A stretch of DNA of 64,000 bases from NCBI GenBank assembly GCA_045863235.1, contig BTUM01000002.1:189941-253940 (forward strand), in the 5' to 3' direction. The position numbers and the translations under genes were made by a program. How positions within the stretch are numbered: the first letter of the stretch is position 1; each line of letters begins with the position of its first letter. The notes beneath the pieces are model-generated. The model was not told the origin of the DNA. It worked only from the letters and a program-made list of their open reading frames with translations, and did not search any database. This stretch comes from Candidatus Xenobia bacterium. GTDB taxonomy: Bacteria; Vulcanimicrobiota; Xenobia; Xenobiales; QWHO01. This document shows, piece after piece, positions 22,099 to 33,463 of the stretch.

Positions 22099-22449
22099 TC
22101 AGCTCTGGGTGCCGAAGGGGACGCGCAGCAACTGGTTTCGCAGGTCGCCCGGCTCGCTGGCCCTGGCGATGAGCTCGAGATCCTCGATGACGGGACCCAC
22201 CGGGCTGTTCTGGGAGGCATACACCACGTCATAATGGCCGGTCTCGAGGGCTTCGTAGGCCAGACTCAGGAAGTCCTTGTCCTCGGTGAAGAGCACCCGC
22301 TCGAGCTCGGTGGCCCGGCGCAGAACCACCGGATCCACCAGCTGGGCTGCCTGGTCTTCCTCGGCGGTCAGGACGTCGAGGCCGCGAATCCGCAGGCCGC
22401 GTACGATCGAGCCCTTGACATTGTGATCGAGATAGAGCCGATGAGCCAC
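22099..22449 (-). CDS. DUF5615 PIN-like toxin (VapC45-like)
   Basis: LYLDHNV, DPVVLRRA and RVLFTEDKDF motifs; overlaps the stop codon of the DUF433 gene. Confidence 0.85.
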   Translation of the reverse strand: MAHRLYLDHNVKGSIVRGLRIRGLDVLTAEEDQAAQLVDPVVLRRATELERVLFTEDKDFLSLAYEALETGHYDVVYASQNSPVGPVIEDLELIARASEPGDLRNQLLRVPFGTQS

Positions 22450-22766
22450 TAACGACGGCGCTGGGCCAGCAGCTTCTGGACCAGGGGGTTGGTCCTGGCT
22501 TGCTCTTGGCGGGCCTGCTCATCCTCGGCGATGTGGCTTCGAATCTCAGCATCCATCTCGGCCTGGTGATCGTAGTAGTAACTCAGCGCTCCGTGCACCT
22601 GGGCCAGTGTCAGCGCCTGGAACTGCCAGGCGATCTCCTCAGCAGACCAACCATGAGCCTGCTGGGCCATCACGAGATCGAGCACCTTCATCCGCGTGCC
22701 CTCAATGATCGCTCGGCCCCGGTCGTCCAGGACAATATGCTTGTATTCACTCGCTCTCAGGCTCAT
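22449..22766 (-). CDS. DUF433 antitoxin
   Basis: GRAIIEGTRMKV...SAEEIA...LTLAQVHGALSYYYDH; start revised to the ATG at 22766. Confidence 0.88.
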   Translation of the reverse strand: MSLRASEYKHIVLDDRGRAIIEGTRMKVLDLVMAQQAHGWSAEEIAWQFQALTLAQVHGALSYYYDHQAEMDAEIRSHIAEDEQARQEQARTNPLVQKLLAQRRR

Positions 22767-22774
22767 CGCCCTCC

Positions 22775-22783
22775 ATTCTAGCA
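22775..22783 (-). promoter_or_regulatory. Extended -10 promoter of the toxin-antitoxin operon
   Basis: TGCTAGAAT (TGn plus TAGAAT) ends 8 nt before the DUF433 ATG. Confidence 0.5.
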
Positions 22784-22979
22784 CGCCCGCCGCCTTCCGC
22801 GCGAGGGTTAAACTGGATCCGATTTCCCGGGTACCCATCATTCGGCTAACAGTTGAACACCAGGGGGTGAACCCAGGCCTGTCCTCGGACGGGACCCAGG
22901 AGGCCGTCAGACGTCGCGCAGGGTGGACACAGCCTCTATTTCCGCTTGCCCGAGCCAGCCAGCATGCGACTTCCCTTCT

Positions 22980-23752
22980 TCAACACAGTCTCGGGCGTGG
23001 CCAGCGAGAAGTAACTTTGCAGGCCCCGCTCCCCTCCACCAACAACTGCATCTCCCCGAGCTCGGGGTGGGTGGCCACAATCGCTCCCCTGGGACCCAGG
23101 CTGAGACTGCCTTCGGGCGGCGAGGTGGCGTCGACCTGAGGATTGCGCAACCAGAGCGTCGGCAAGAGGTGCAGGGGCGCATCCTCTGCACCCCGGTTGT
23201 GGACCGTGATCTCGATCAGAATGTCGTGCGGCGAAGCTTTGGCATACTCCACGAAGACATCGAAGTAGGCATCGCGGTCAAAGACCCCGGTGTCGAGCAA
23301 CTCATACTCGAAATCGTGCCGGGTCCGCCTGGCGTTGACCTCGTAGAGCTCGCGATAGGGAAAGGCCGACTGAGGATACTTGTAGAGGAACTTCTGGTAG
23401 GAGTGAGTGGGCGTGTTGTCGAGGTAGAAGTAGTATTCATTGACGTCCTCCCCGTGGTTTCCCTGTCCGTTGCTCAGGCCGAAAAGTCGCTCCTTGAGGT
23501 AGGGGTCTTTCAGAACGCCAGCGCAAAGCAGAGTCGCTGCTTCTCGTCGCTCAGGCCGGCCAGGCCGTCCTCGCCCCAACGATAGGCGCGAAAGTGCGAC
23601 TCCTCGAAGGTGAAGTCGTTCCAGGAATTGCCGTCCTGACTGGCGTCCTCTCGCACCGTCCCCCACTGGCGCTCGCTCAGGTAAGGTCCCCAGAACTTCC
23701 AGGACTGCTCTCCTGTGCTATCCTCGAGCAGCCGACGCTCCTCAGCAGTCAT
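22980..23752 (-). pseudogene. Truncated, frameshifted GH63/MGH1-like glucosidase
   Basis: [16 protein letters not shown] and RAYRWGEDG in one frame stop near 23510. [12 protein letters not shown]...GNHGEDV...[10 protein letters not shown] continues in another frame and ends after about 250 codons, without the catalytic barrel. Confidence 0.85.
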
Positions 23753-23789
23753 CCTTGCGAGCCTCCTCAGTGATGTCTGCGAGCTTTCT

Positions 23790-25094
23790 TCAGGTGGTGG
23801 AATAAACCTCGCTGCGCGCCTGTCCGGTCATGGTCAGGACCGACTGCCACATCTCGTCCTCGAGGTCGACCTGCTTGCGGGTCTCGGTCACGACCGAGAT
23901 CGGCAGATGCACGAAGTGCTGATGCCACAGACCCACGGTCATGTCGGTCATGCCCGCCAGACCGGCGTGGGCAGCAAAGTGCCCGAGCAACAGACAGTAC
24001 TCGCTGTCGACGGTGTTGGCCGGAGCACTGCGAATGGAGTAGCTGGGATCGAGGTACTTCAGGGTGAACTCCATCCCCCGCCCGGCCAGATGAGCGCTGA
24101 TCCGCTCCTTGAGCCACAGCCCGACATCCTGCAGACGAACATTCCCGGACGCGTCCTTGGCGCCCGCGCTCTCCATCAGCTCTTGCCCGGCCCCTTCGGC
24201 CACCACGATGACGGCGTGGCCGTGACCGCGCAGGCGTTGCTCCAGGCTGGCCAGAAATCGATCCAACTGGAGCGGATGCTCGGGGATGAGGCAGAAGTTG
24301 GCCACTCCGCTGGCCACGGTGGCGTGAGCCGCGATGAAACCGGAGTGACGGCCCATCAACTTGACCAGTCCGATGCCGTTCTCGGCGCTGCGAGCCTCGG
24401 CGTGGGCGGCCAGCACCACCTTGCGGGCCTCCTCGACGGAGGTGTGAAAGCCGAAGCTCATACTCGTCCAGGCGATGTCGTTGTCGATGGTCTTGGGCAC
24501 GCCGATAATGGCGATCGGCTCACCCCGACGGGCCACCTCGGCGGCCAGGGCGGAAGCGCCTCGCAGCGTGCCGTCCCCGCCGATCACGAAGAGCACATCC
24601 ACCCCCCGGCGAACCAGAGTATCCACCATCTCGCCCACGTCCTGCGGACCGCGCGACGACCCCAGAAAGCTTCCCGCCGTGCCGGCCAATCGATCCACAT
24701 GGTCGCGGTCGAGCACCACCGGCTCGGGGCCCTGGCGAGACAGGCCCTTGTAGCCGTAGCGGAACCCCAGCACCCGCTTGACGCCATACATTTCCAGCAG
24801 GTTGAGAGCCAGCGAGCGAATGACGTCGTTGAGCCCCGGGCACAGGCCCCCGCAGGTCACGATTCCGCAAACCGTCTGGCTCGGCTCGAAAAAGAGATTG
24901 GCCCGAGGACCGGCCCGCTCCAGTGAGGGCAGAGGACGGCCGTCGGCCTGCCAGGCTTGCACCTGGGCCGAATCCGAGAGCAGCAGCACCCTGCTCGACT
25001 CGTCCACGAACCTTCCGGCGCGGGAAATCGAGGACGAGTAGGGCGCCGGCCCCAGGGTTTTGATCTGCAGCTCGGCCAGCTCTGGAACGCGCAC
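23790..25094 (-). CDS. pfkA: ATP-dependent 6-phosphofructokinase (long, group X type)
   Basis: TCGGLCPGLN, GGDGT, PKTIDND, MGRHSG and DPSYSIRS motifs. Confidence 0.92.
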   Translation of the reverse strand: MRVPELAELQIKTLGPAPYSSSISRAGRFVDESSRVLLLSDSAQVQAWQADGRPLPSLERAGPRANLFFEPSQTVCGIVTCGGLCPGLNDVIRSLALNLLEMYGVKRVLGFRYGYKGLSRQGPEPVVLDRDHVDRLAGTAGSFLGSSRGPQDVGEMVDTLVRRGVDVLFVIGGDGTLRGASALAAEVARRGEPIAIIGVPKTIDNDIAWTSMSFGFHTSVEEARKVVLAAHAEARSAENGIGLVKLMGRHSGFIAAHATVASGVANFCLIPEHPLQLDRFLASLEQRLRGHGHAVIVVAEGAGQELMESAGAKDASGNVRLQDVGLWLKERISAHLAGRGMEFTLKYLDPSYSIRSAPANTVDSEYCLLLGHFAAHAGLAGMTDMTVGLWHQHFVHLPISVVTETRKQVDLEDEMWQSVLTMTGQARSEVYSTT

Positions 25095-25153
25095 GGGTCA
25101 CCTCCTCTACCGAAATCGCTGGCCGGGTCTGAGTGACCCGGCCCGCTCATGGG

Positions 25154-26746
<1,593 letters not shown>

Positions 26747-26813
26747 AGATGAGAGACCTCTCTTTCGTAGCTTACCTTGGCGTTGCCACCCGCAGGCGGC
26801 ATGAGATAGAGAG

Positions 26814-26945
26814 TCAGGGCCACATCGGAGTGGACGGCCCGCTGGCCAGCGTCCTGGCCTCGGGCCGGGCATGCTCGGCGAACAGCACGGCTGAAACGAA
26901 GAGCAGCATCCAGTAAAGAGGCGTTCGGAGGATCTCGGAGAGCAT
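26814..26945 (-). pseudogene. 43-aa ORF, probable N-terminal remnant of a Ca2+/H+ exchanger (CAX/ChaA type)
   Basis: [33 protein letters not shown] resembles the first TM segment of bacterial calcium/proton exchangers (recognised from memory, not searched). Confidence 0.45.
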
Positions 26946-26952
26946 GATGACG

Positions 26953-26994
26953 ATTCTAGGATTTCCCGTCTTCAGCGGCTATGATCTGAATCAG
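26953..26994 (-). promoter_or_regulatory. FNR/CRP-family class II promoter
   Basis: Box ATGAT-CTGA-ATCAG at 26981-26994, 22 bp from -10 TAGAAT at 26953-26958 (minus strand). Confidence 0.65.
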
Positions 26995-27109
26995 CGTCGG
27001 GCTTCCTGGAACCAAACCGCGTCTCCTGCCTCGAAACGGAGGACCCCCTGCCCGAGCGCAGAAGCGACGGAGCGCTTTGCCAAGGTCTACTCTCCTGGAA
27101 CGGCCCGCC

Positions 27110-28296
27110 ATGACTTCCATCCTGGAAATCAGTCTTCGGGCAGGCAAGATCATGCTGGAGAACGGGGGCAACACGTCGCTGGTCGAGGAATCGATCCAGC
27201 GCCTGGGAACCGGCCTGGGAGCCGACTCGGTAGAAGTCAGCGTGAATCCCGGGAGCATCGTCGCCTCGCTGGTCTCAGGGCAAGAGCAAGAGACGCGCCT
27301 TCGACGCGTCAGCCAGAGCGGGGTGGAGCTCTCCAAACTGGCCCGGGTGCTGCACCTGGTATCCGGGGTGGAGAGCGGAAAGATGTCGGCGTCAGAGGCC
27401 GAGAGCGAGCTGCAGAGGATTGAGGGATTGTCACGCCAGTATCCCCCTGGCTGGTGGCCCTGGCAGTCGGGCTCGGATGCGGCGCGTTCGCCGTGAACCT
27501 GGGTGGAACGGCCCGAGATTTCTACGTCGTGCTGGTAACCTCTTCGCTGGCCCAGCTGCTGCGGCACCATCTCGCCCACACCCGGCTGGGAAGGCTGCTC
27601 ACCACGGTGGTGGTGGCCGCCTTTGCCAGCGCCACCGCGCTGGCTCTGGCCGGGCCAGGTGTGAGCGTAGCCGCCTCGATCCTGCTGCTGGTTCCCGGGG
27701 TTCCGCTGGTGAGCAGCACGGCCGACCTCTTCCGCGGAGACGTCACCGCGGGTCTGACCCGAGCGACCAGTGCGCTCCTGACCATCATCGCAGCAAGCGT
27801 GGGGGTCTGGGGGGTCATCCTGGCCTGGGGACGTCCGGCAGAAAGCGGTGTCCTGCCCGGCCAGGATCAGGTGCTGCTGGCCGCCTTGATGGGAGGGGTG
27901 GCAGCGGTTGGTTTCGCGGTCCTCTTCGATGTGCCCCGGCGGTATCTGCTCGGCTCGGGCCTGGTCGGCCTGGTGGCCATCCTGACGCGCGCCTCGGTCG
28001 CTGCCCACGCATGGCCAGCGGAGGTGGCCAATCTTCTGGCTGGTTTCTCCATCGGTCTCTCGTCCGAATTGCTGGCCCGTCGAGCAGGTTGCCCCTACTC
28101 GTTCATGGCCATGCCAGGCTACATTCCGCTGGTGCCTGGAGCTGTCTTCTTCAGCGGAATCCTGCACCTGGTGGCGGGAGATTACCTGCAAGGTCTTGCC
28201 TCGCTGATCCAGGCCCAGATCATTTTGCTGGCCATCGCTCTGGGGATGGGCAGCATCCCGGCCTTATTCTCGACCAGTCGCAAGGCGATCGCATGA
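27110..28296 (+). pseudogene. Threonine/serine exporter ThrE family (fused YjjP/YjjB type), split by a frameshift
   Basis: GKIMLENGGNTSLVEE in one frame; LLLVPGVPL and IPLVPG in the next. The frames join if the C5 run at 27443-27447 were C6. This could be a sequencing error. Confidence 0.75.
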
Positions 28297-30044
28297 CAGG
28301 AGGCGTTGTGGAGAATTCAAACAAGTCGGGGCTGGCGCGGTTCATGCCGGCTCTGGGTTGGCTGCCCACCTACCAGAAGACCTATCTTGTCGCCGACCTG
28401 ATCGCCGGTCTGACGCTGGCCGCCTACATGGTTCCGGCGGCCATCGGAGACGCCTCGCTGGCCAACCTGCCTCCGGAAGCCGGGCTCTACGCCTGCCTGT
28501 TCCCGGGACTGATCTTCTGGCTCTTTTGCAGCTCACGGCACACGACCATCTCGGTCACATCGGCCATTTCGCTCTTGATCGGCTCCTCGCTGGGGGCCAT
28601 GGCCGGAGGCAACAACGAACGCTTCTACGCTCTGGCCACGACCACCGCACTGCTGGTGGGGATCATCGGGGTGGTGGCCTGGGCCGTGCGGGGGGGCGCG
28701 GTCGTGCACTTCGTCTCCGAGACGGTCATGCTGGGGTTCAAGTGCGGGGTGGCCCTCTTCCTGGCCAGCACCCAGTTGCCCAAGCTGTTTGGCGTGCACG
28801 GCAGCCACGGCGACTTCTGGGAGCGCTCGGCAACCTTCCTGGGCGAGCTGGGTCACACCAACCCGGCCTCGCTGGCGGTAGGCGCGGTGGCCCTGGCCAT
28901 CCTGGTACTGGGCAAGATGTACGCGAAAGACAAGCCAGTGGCCCTCTTCGTGGTGGTGGGAGGCATCGTGGCCTCTTCAGTGGCTCGACTGGGCGAGCGC
29001 GGGGTCAAACTGCTCGGCGACGTTCCCGAGGGCCTCCCCATGCCGGGCCTGCCGATGGTTTCGTTGGCCGACCTCCAGGAGCTGATGCCGTTGGCGCTGG
29101 CCTGCTTCATGCTGGGGGCGGTGGAAACGGCCGCCATCGGGCGAATGTTCGCCGCCAAGCACCGGGGCCGCTTTGACTGCAACCAGGAGTTTCTGGCCAT
29201 CGGAGCCGTCAACCTGGCCACGGGGCTCACCCGGGGATTCCCGGTCAGCGGCGGGATGTCCCAATCGCTGGTCAACGAAAGCAGCGGAGCCCGCACTCCC
29301 CTGTCGGGCCTGTTTGCCAGCCTGATGGTACTGATCGTCACCGTCTTCCTGGCCTCCTTACTGCACAACCTGCCCCAGCCGGTGCTGGCGGCCGTGGTGC
29401 TGGTGGCCATTCTGGGGCTGATCAACGTGCCCGCCCTGAAGCGCCTCTACGCCCTGGCCCGCACCGAGTTCTTCATCGCCATGGCGGCCACGGCCGGGGT
29501 TCTGAGCTCGGGCATGCTACGCGGGGTCATGATCGGGGCGGTCATCTCGCTCTTGCTCTTGATTCGCCGGGCCTCGTCCCCCTACGTGGCGTTTCTGGGT
29601 CGCATTCCAGGCACGCAAAGATTCTCGGACATGGCCCGCCACCCCGATAACGAGCCCGTCGAGGGAATCTTGATCTTCCGGGCCGAGTCGAGCCTGCTCT
29701 ACTTCAACGCCGAGCATGTGCGAGACGTGGTCCTGGAGGAGTTCCACCGCACTCATCCCCGGCTGGTCCTCTGCGACCTGTCCAGCTCCCCATTCGTCGA
29801 CCTGCACGCCTGTGAGACCCTGGCCGAGCTGGCCAGGGAAGTGGCCGGCGAAGGAGCCCGCTTGCGCCTCGTGGAGCCTCGCTCCTCGGTGCGGGACTCT
29901 TTGCGCCTGGCGGGGCTGGAGGAGCTGGTGGGGTCCATCAACCGATTCACCACCGTCGCCGAGGCCGTGGAGGAGTTCCATCAGGCGCCAGGGGCTCAGC
30001 AGGAACCAGGATCAGAGCCAGCGGCCCAGGAGCCGGCCTCCTGA
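28293..30044 (+). CDS. sulP: SulP/SLC26 anion transporter with STAS domain
   Basis: DLIAGLT, PEAGLYA, NQEFLAIG, GARTPLSG motifs and C-terminal STAS; ATGA overlap with the ThrE stop (alternative GTG start at 28308). Confidence 0.93.
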   Translation: MTGGVVENSNKSGLARFMPALGWLPTYQKTYLVADLIAGLTLAAYMVPAAIGDASLANLPPEAGLYACLFPGLIFWLFCSSRHTTISVTSAISLLIGSSLGAMAGGNNERFYALATTTALLVGIIGVVAWAVRGGAVVHFVSETVMLGFKCGVALFLASTQLPKLFGVHGSHGDFWERSATFLGELGHTNPASLAVGAVALAILVLGKMYAKDKPVALFVVVGGIVASSVARLGERGVKLLGDVPEGLPMPGLPMVSLADLQELMPLALACFMLGAVETAAIGRMFAAKHRGRFDCNQEFLAIGAVNLATGLTRGFPVSGGMSQSLVNESSGARTPLSGLFASLMVLIVTVFLASLLHNLPQPVLAAVVLVAILGLINVPALKRLYALARTEFFIAMAATAGVLSSGMLRGVMIGAVISLLLLIRRASSPYVAFLGRIPGTQRFSDMARHPDNEPVEGILIFRAESSLLYFNAEHVRDVVLEEFHRTHPRLVLCDLSSSPFVDLHACETLAELAREVAGEGARLRLVEPRSSVRDSLRLAGLEELVGSINRFTTVAEAVEEFHQAPGAQQEPGSEPAAQEPAS

Positions 30045-30094
30045 TGGCCAACCAGCCACCAGGCTCTCGTGATGAAGAGAGCCGAGCCACCGGT

Positions 30095-30152
30095 ATATAA
30101 ATAACTAAAGTCCCGCGCGTTGCCCCTGTTCAGAGTGAAAACGCGCGGGACT
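30095..30152 (-). terminator. Rho-independent terminator of the DUF3300/DUF2950/TPR operon
   Basis: 13-bp perfect stem AGTCCCGCGCGTT/AACGCGCGGGACT (30109-30152) followed on the minus strand by a U-rich tract. A second GC hairpin lies at about 30165-30201. Confidence 0.7.
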
Positions 30153-30219
30153 GTGCCGATTCTACAGCTGCGCGCGCTGGTCAGACCAGTGCGCGCAACT
30201 GCAGGCCGTGGTCAGGGGG

Positions 30220-31173
30220 CTACTTCAGAACGTCGAGACGGTTCTTGACATAGGCATCCATCAAGAACAGGTTCTTGTTCTCTCCCAGAGCTTTGGTCAC
30301 GTAGGCTTTGCCTTTGTCCGTCTGTCCGTTCATGATGAAGTACTGACCGACGAAGAAGTCGGCCTGGTGCTGCATCATCTCGCGATAGCGCTCGTCGCTG
30401 AGGTTGACGGCGGCTTTCAGGCACTCATCGGGACCGATCTGGCCGAGGTACATCTGCACCACCGGATACGGCCAGCTCTCCTTCTCGGTGGCGCGCTGGG
30501 CGTAGCTCTGGAGGTAGGTCTTGTCCTGGGTGCCGAGGCGAGCCTTGGCCACGTAGTTGAGCAGGATCAGCATGGTGTTGTCGGGCTCGAGATTGGCGGC
30601 GGCTTCGAAATCATCCAGAGCGGCCTGGTTGCGCTCCATGCGAACGTAGGCCATCCCTCGCAGGGCGTAGACCACGGAACGCTTGGCCAGACCAAAAGAG
30701 ATGGCCTTGCTGGTATCCGACACGCACAGGTCGAGCTGGTTCAGACGGTAGTGAGCCAGACCACGATAGAAGTAGCCGGCTCCGCTCTCGGTCTGAATCT
30801 TCAAGAAGCGGTCATAGTCCTTGATGGCCTCCTTCGAGTCGCCTTTGAAGAGGTAGGCGCAGCCGCGATAATAGAGGGCCTCGGGGTTCTCGGGATCGAG
30901 CTGAAGAGCCTTATCGAGATCGCCGATGGCCTTCTGGTGCTGGTCCAGCAGAAAGTAGCTGGCGCCGCGGAAAACGAAGGCTTTGACGAAGCCCGGGTTG
31001 GCCTTGATGCACTTGTCGAAGCCCTTGATGGCTTCGGCATAATCTCCCTCTCGGAAAACCTTGTAACTCTCATCGTAGAGCTTCCGGGTATCGACCGCGT
31101 TGGCCTGGGCGAATGCTGGCGTGACCACCAGCAGCATCCAGAGCAAACAGGTAGTGAGTTGGGATCGTTTCAC
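30220..31173 (-). CDS. Secreted TPR protein, NlpI-like
   Basis: Signal peptide AFA-Q; several TPR repeats; C-terminal WPYPVVQMYLG...ADFFVGQY. Confidence 0.8.
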   Translation of the reverse strand: MKRSQLTTCLLWMLLVVTPAFAQANAVDTRKLYDESYKVFREGDYAEAIKGFDKCIKANPGFVKAFVFRGASYFLLDQHQKAIGDLDKALQLDPENPEALYYRGCAYLFKGDSKEAIKDYDRFLKIQTESGAGYFYRGLAHYRLNQLDLCVSDTSKAISFGLAKRSVVYALRGMAYVRMERNQAALDDFEAAANLEPDNTMLILLNYVAKARLGTQDKTYLQSYAQRATEKESWPYPVVQMYLGQIGPDECLKAAVNLSDERYREMMQHQADFFVGQYFIMNGQTDKGKAYVTKALGENKNLFLMDAYVKNRLDVLK

Positions 31174-31206
31174 AATGGACTCCTTCTGTATTGAGTTCGT
31201 TCGGGC

Positions 31207-32121
31207 TCAGTCCTTGGAGACCAGAACCCAGTCCTTGCCAGGATTGTAGACGGTCATCTTCTCGGCCAGCAGGGCCGTGTCGGGACCGAGGTCGGCCTGG
31301 CGAATCTGCCCGTAGTGGTTGAGCAGAAAGCTCATGATACCGCTCTTGCGATAGTCCACCGGGTAGGCCAGCACGGCGTAACCCAGGATCATGTTGCCGT
31401 TGATGATGTAGTTGAACTTGCCTCCCGGAGCGGCGGGGCCCTGGGCGGTCAGAAGCTTCAGCCGATAGCCCATCCAGGTTCGGTCGTGGGTCTTACGCTG
31501 CAGGTACTCCTTGACGGTCTCGGCGAACGACTCCATCGGACTCGGTTCGCCTTCTTTGGCATCCCAGTAGAGACCGTCGCGCTTGCCCGGCGAGCACTTC
31601 AACTTCTGGGCGAACTCGAAGACGCCATCCTCATCCCAGTCTTTGGAAGCGTACTGCATCTGGGCCTCGGCCATGGCTCGAAGCAGCTTGATGACGGCCA
31701 GCTCGTTGCGACCGACGCGTCGGCGCAACACCTCGTCGTAGCCGGCCTCGGTGTCGAACTTCCAGCCCTTCTTGGTATGAACGAGCGGGACGGGAAAAGG
31801 CCAGACTTCCTCTCCTACTACCCAGGTCAGGGTTCCGTTCTTCTCCTTCTGGAGAGCGGAGCGCTTCTCAGAGGCCCGGGCGATGCGCTCGCGCAGAATG
31901 CCGGACTCGGCCTGGTCGGCTGTCTCGAGCAACTCCCGCGCCTCGGGCCCGAAGATGGCCAGAATCTGTTGCTCGTTGTCGCTATCGAAGGCCCTGACGA
32001 CGGCTTTGACAGCCTCCTCAGGCGTGGGGAAGGTCTTTTGATCGGCCAGTCCCGTTCCCATCAGGGAAAAGGCCAGGACGGCGGTGGTGAGAATACGCTT
32101 GAACATTTTCATCCTCCTCAA
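31207..32121 (-). CDS. DUF2950 family exported protein
   Basis: FPTPEEAV, WPFPVPLV, RRVGRNEL, GKRDGLYW and AYPVDYRKSGIMSF motifs. Confidence 0.88.
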   Translation of the reverse strand: MRRMKMFKRILTTAVLAFSLMGTGLADQKTFPTPEEAVKAVVRAFDSDNEQQILAIFGPEARELLETADQAESGILRERIARASEKRSALQKEKNGTLTWVVGEEVWPFPVPLVHTKKGWKFDTEAGYDEVLRRRVGRNELAVIKLLRAMAEAQMQYASKDWDEDGVFEFAQKLKCSPGKRDGLYWDAKEGEPSPMESFAETVKEYLQRKTHDRTWMGYRLKLLTAQGPAAPGGKFNYIINGNMILGYAVLAYPVDYRKSGIMSFLLNHYGQIRQADLGPDTALLAEKMTVYNPGKDWVLVSKD

Positions 32122-33455
32122 CGTCTGCGACCTCCGCCGCCCCCGCGCCGGGCGCCACCTCCTCCGCTGTAGCCACCCGATCGTCCGCTGGAACGGTAGC
32201 CGCTGCTGCGTCCGGTCGAGCGATTGAAGCTGGCGTTACCGCGGCTGCTGCTGGCGCGGGCCGAAGAACCACGCTCCATCTGCAGGCCGCCACCCCGGCC
32301 GCCCATGTCGCGGTAACCGCCGCTCCCGCCGCTGCGGAAGCTCGGAGAGGAAACGGAGGGCCGAGTGGAGGCGGTGGGCCGAGTGCGGCCCACACTGGTG
32401 TAATCCGGCCGCATCCGGGAGGTATTGAAACTGGGACTGCTCGGCAGGGCAGGCCGGCTCCCCACGCCACCGGGTCTTCCGACTCCGCCGGGGCTCCCGA
32501 CGCCGCCAGGGCTCCCGATGCCACCGGGTCTTCCGACTCCGCCCGGGCTCCCGACTCCGCCGGGTCTCCCGACCCCGCCAGGGCTCCCGATGCGTCCCGG
32601 ACTGCCGACGTTGGGTCGGTTCCCGATGCGGTTGCCCCCCCCAACGTTGATCGAGTTGCCGATGTTGACGTTGCCGTTGTTCCAACGCACATTGTTACCG
32701 TTCCCGGCCACGGGGCGGCGGTTGAAGGCCTGATTGGCGCGATACGGGGTTGCCACCGGGCAGCCCGGGCGATACCATCCATTGGCACCGCAGGGCCAGT
32801 AACCCGAGGTCATTCCGTAGCCCCACCAGTTGCAGTGGTTGTAGTACATCAAGCTGCTGGCAGCGATGCCCGCTCCGAACCCGAGGATTCCCGAGGCCCA
32901 GTAGTCGTCGTCATTGTCGTAGCTCGACTCGACCACCACCACCTCGGGATCGTAGCTGGGTACGTAGACCACCTCGGGATTGGTGGGCTGAATGCAGATC
33001 TGCTCCTCCTCGCGGGTGACCTCCATCTGCTCGCCGCTGCGGAGATTGCCGGCTTGATAAGCCTTCTCGCGATACTGCTGAACCGCTTTCATGACATCGG
33101 GCTGCTGGTTGGCGACCGCGTAAGCCAGAGCAGCGGTCCAGTCGGAAGCCGACACCATGGTGTCCAGAATGTCCGGGTAGTCGACCAGCGAGCGCACGGC
33201 AGGCTCCCACTCCTCCGGCGATTCTTCGGAGGTCTTTCCCGCCTTGGCCAGCTCGTCGGCCTGGCGAACCTGGGCCTGCTCGGTCGAGGCGACCAGCACG
33301 TTGGACAGCACCGGGTCGGGGTAAAGAGCGATCGGCCCCACGATCTGCTCGAGCTCTTCGGGCGAGTAGAGCCCGTCAGCCGCCTCCTCCTGGGCCAGCG
33401 CCAGCGAGCCCAGCAGAACGGTCAACAAAGTGATCAGGAATATCAATCTTCGCAT
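32118..33455 (-). CDS. DUF3300 family exported protein
   Basis: ELEQIVGPIALYPDPVL and VVYVPSYDP motifs; Gly/Arg-rich tail. Confidence 0.9.
   Translation of the reverse strand: MRRLIFLITLLTVLLGSLALAQEEAADGLYSPEELEQIVGPIALYPDPVLSNVLVASTEQAQVRQADELAKAGKTSEESPEEWEPAVRSLVDYPDILDTMVSASDWTAALAYAVANQQPDVMKAVQQYREKAYQAGNLRSGEQMEVTREEEQICIQPTNPEVVYVPSYDPEVVVVESSYDNDDDYWASGILGFGAGIAASSLMYYNHCNWWGYGMTSGYWPCGANGWYRPGCPVATPYRANQAFNRRPVAGNGNNVRWNNGNVNIGNSINVGGGNRIGNRPNVGSPGRIGSPGGVGRPGGVGSPGGVGRPGGIGSPGGVGSPGGVGRPGGVGSRPALPSSPSFNTSRMRPDYTSVGRTRPTASTRPSVSSPSFRSGGSGGYRDMGGRGGGLQMERGSSARASSSRGNASFNRSTGRSSGYRSSGRSGGYSGGGGARRGGGGGRRR
32457..32610 (-). repeat. Degenerate 18-bp coding tandem repeat (GGVGSP/GGVGRP, about 8 copies)
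   Basis: Visible in both the DNA and the DUF3300 translation. Confidence 0.85.
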
Positions 33456-33463
33456 CGCGCCTC

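Noticed and set aside
27420..28292. Long N-terminal extension of SulP in the ORF track
   Set aside because: It is an out-of-frame overlap with ThrE; the SulP motifs start after 28293
30137..30163. Sigma-28-like TGAA-N15-GCCGATTC on the plus strand
   Set aside because: It overlaps the terminator stem and has no downstream plus-strand gene
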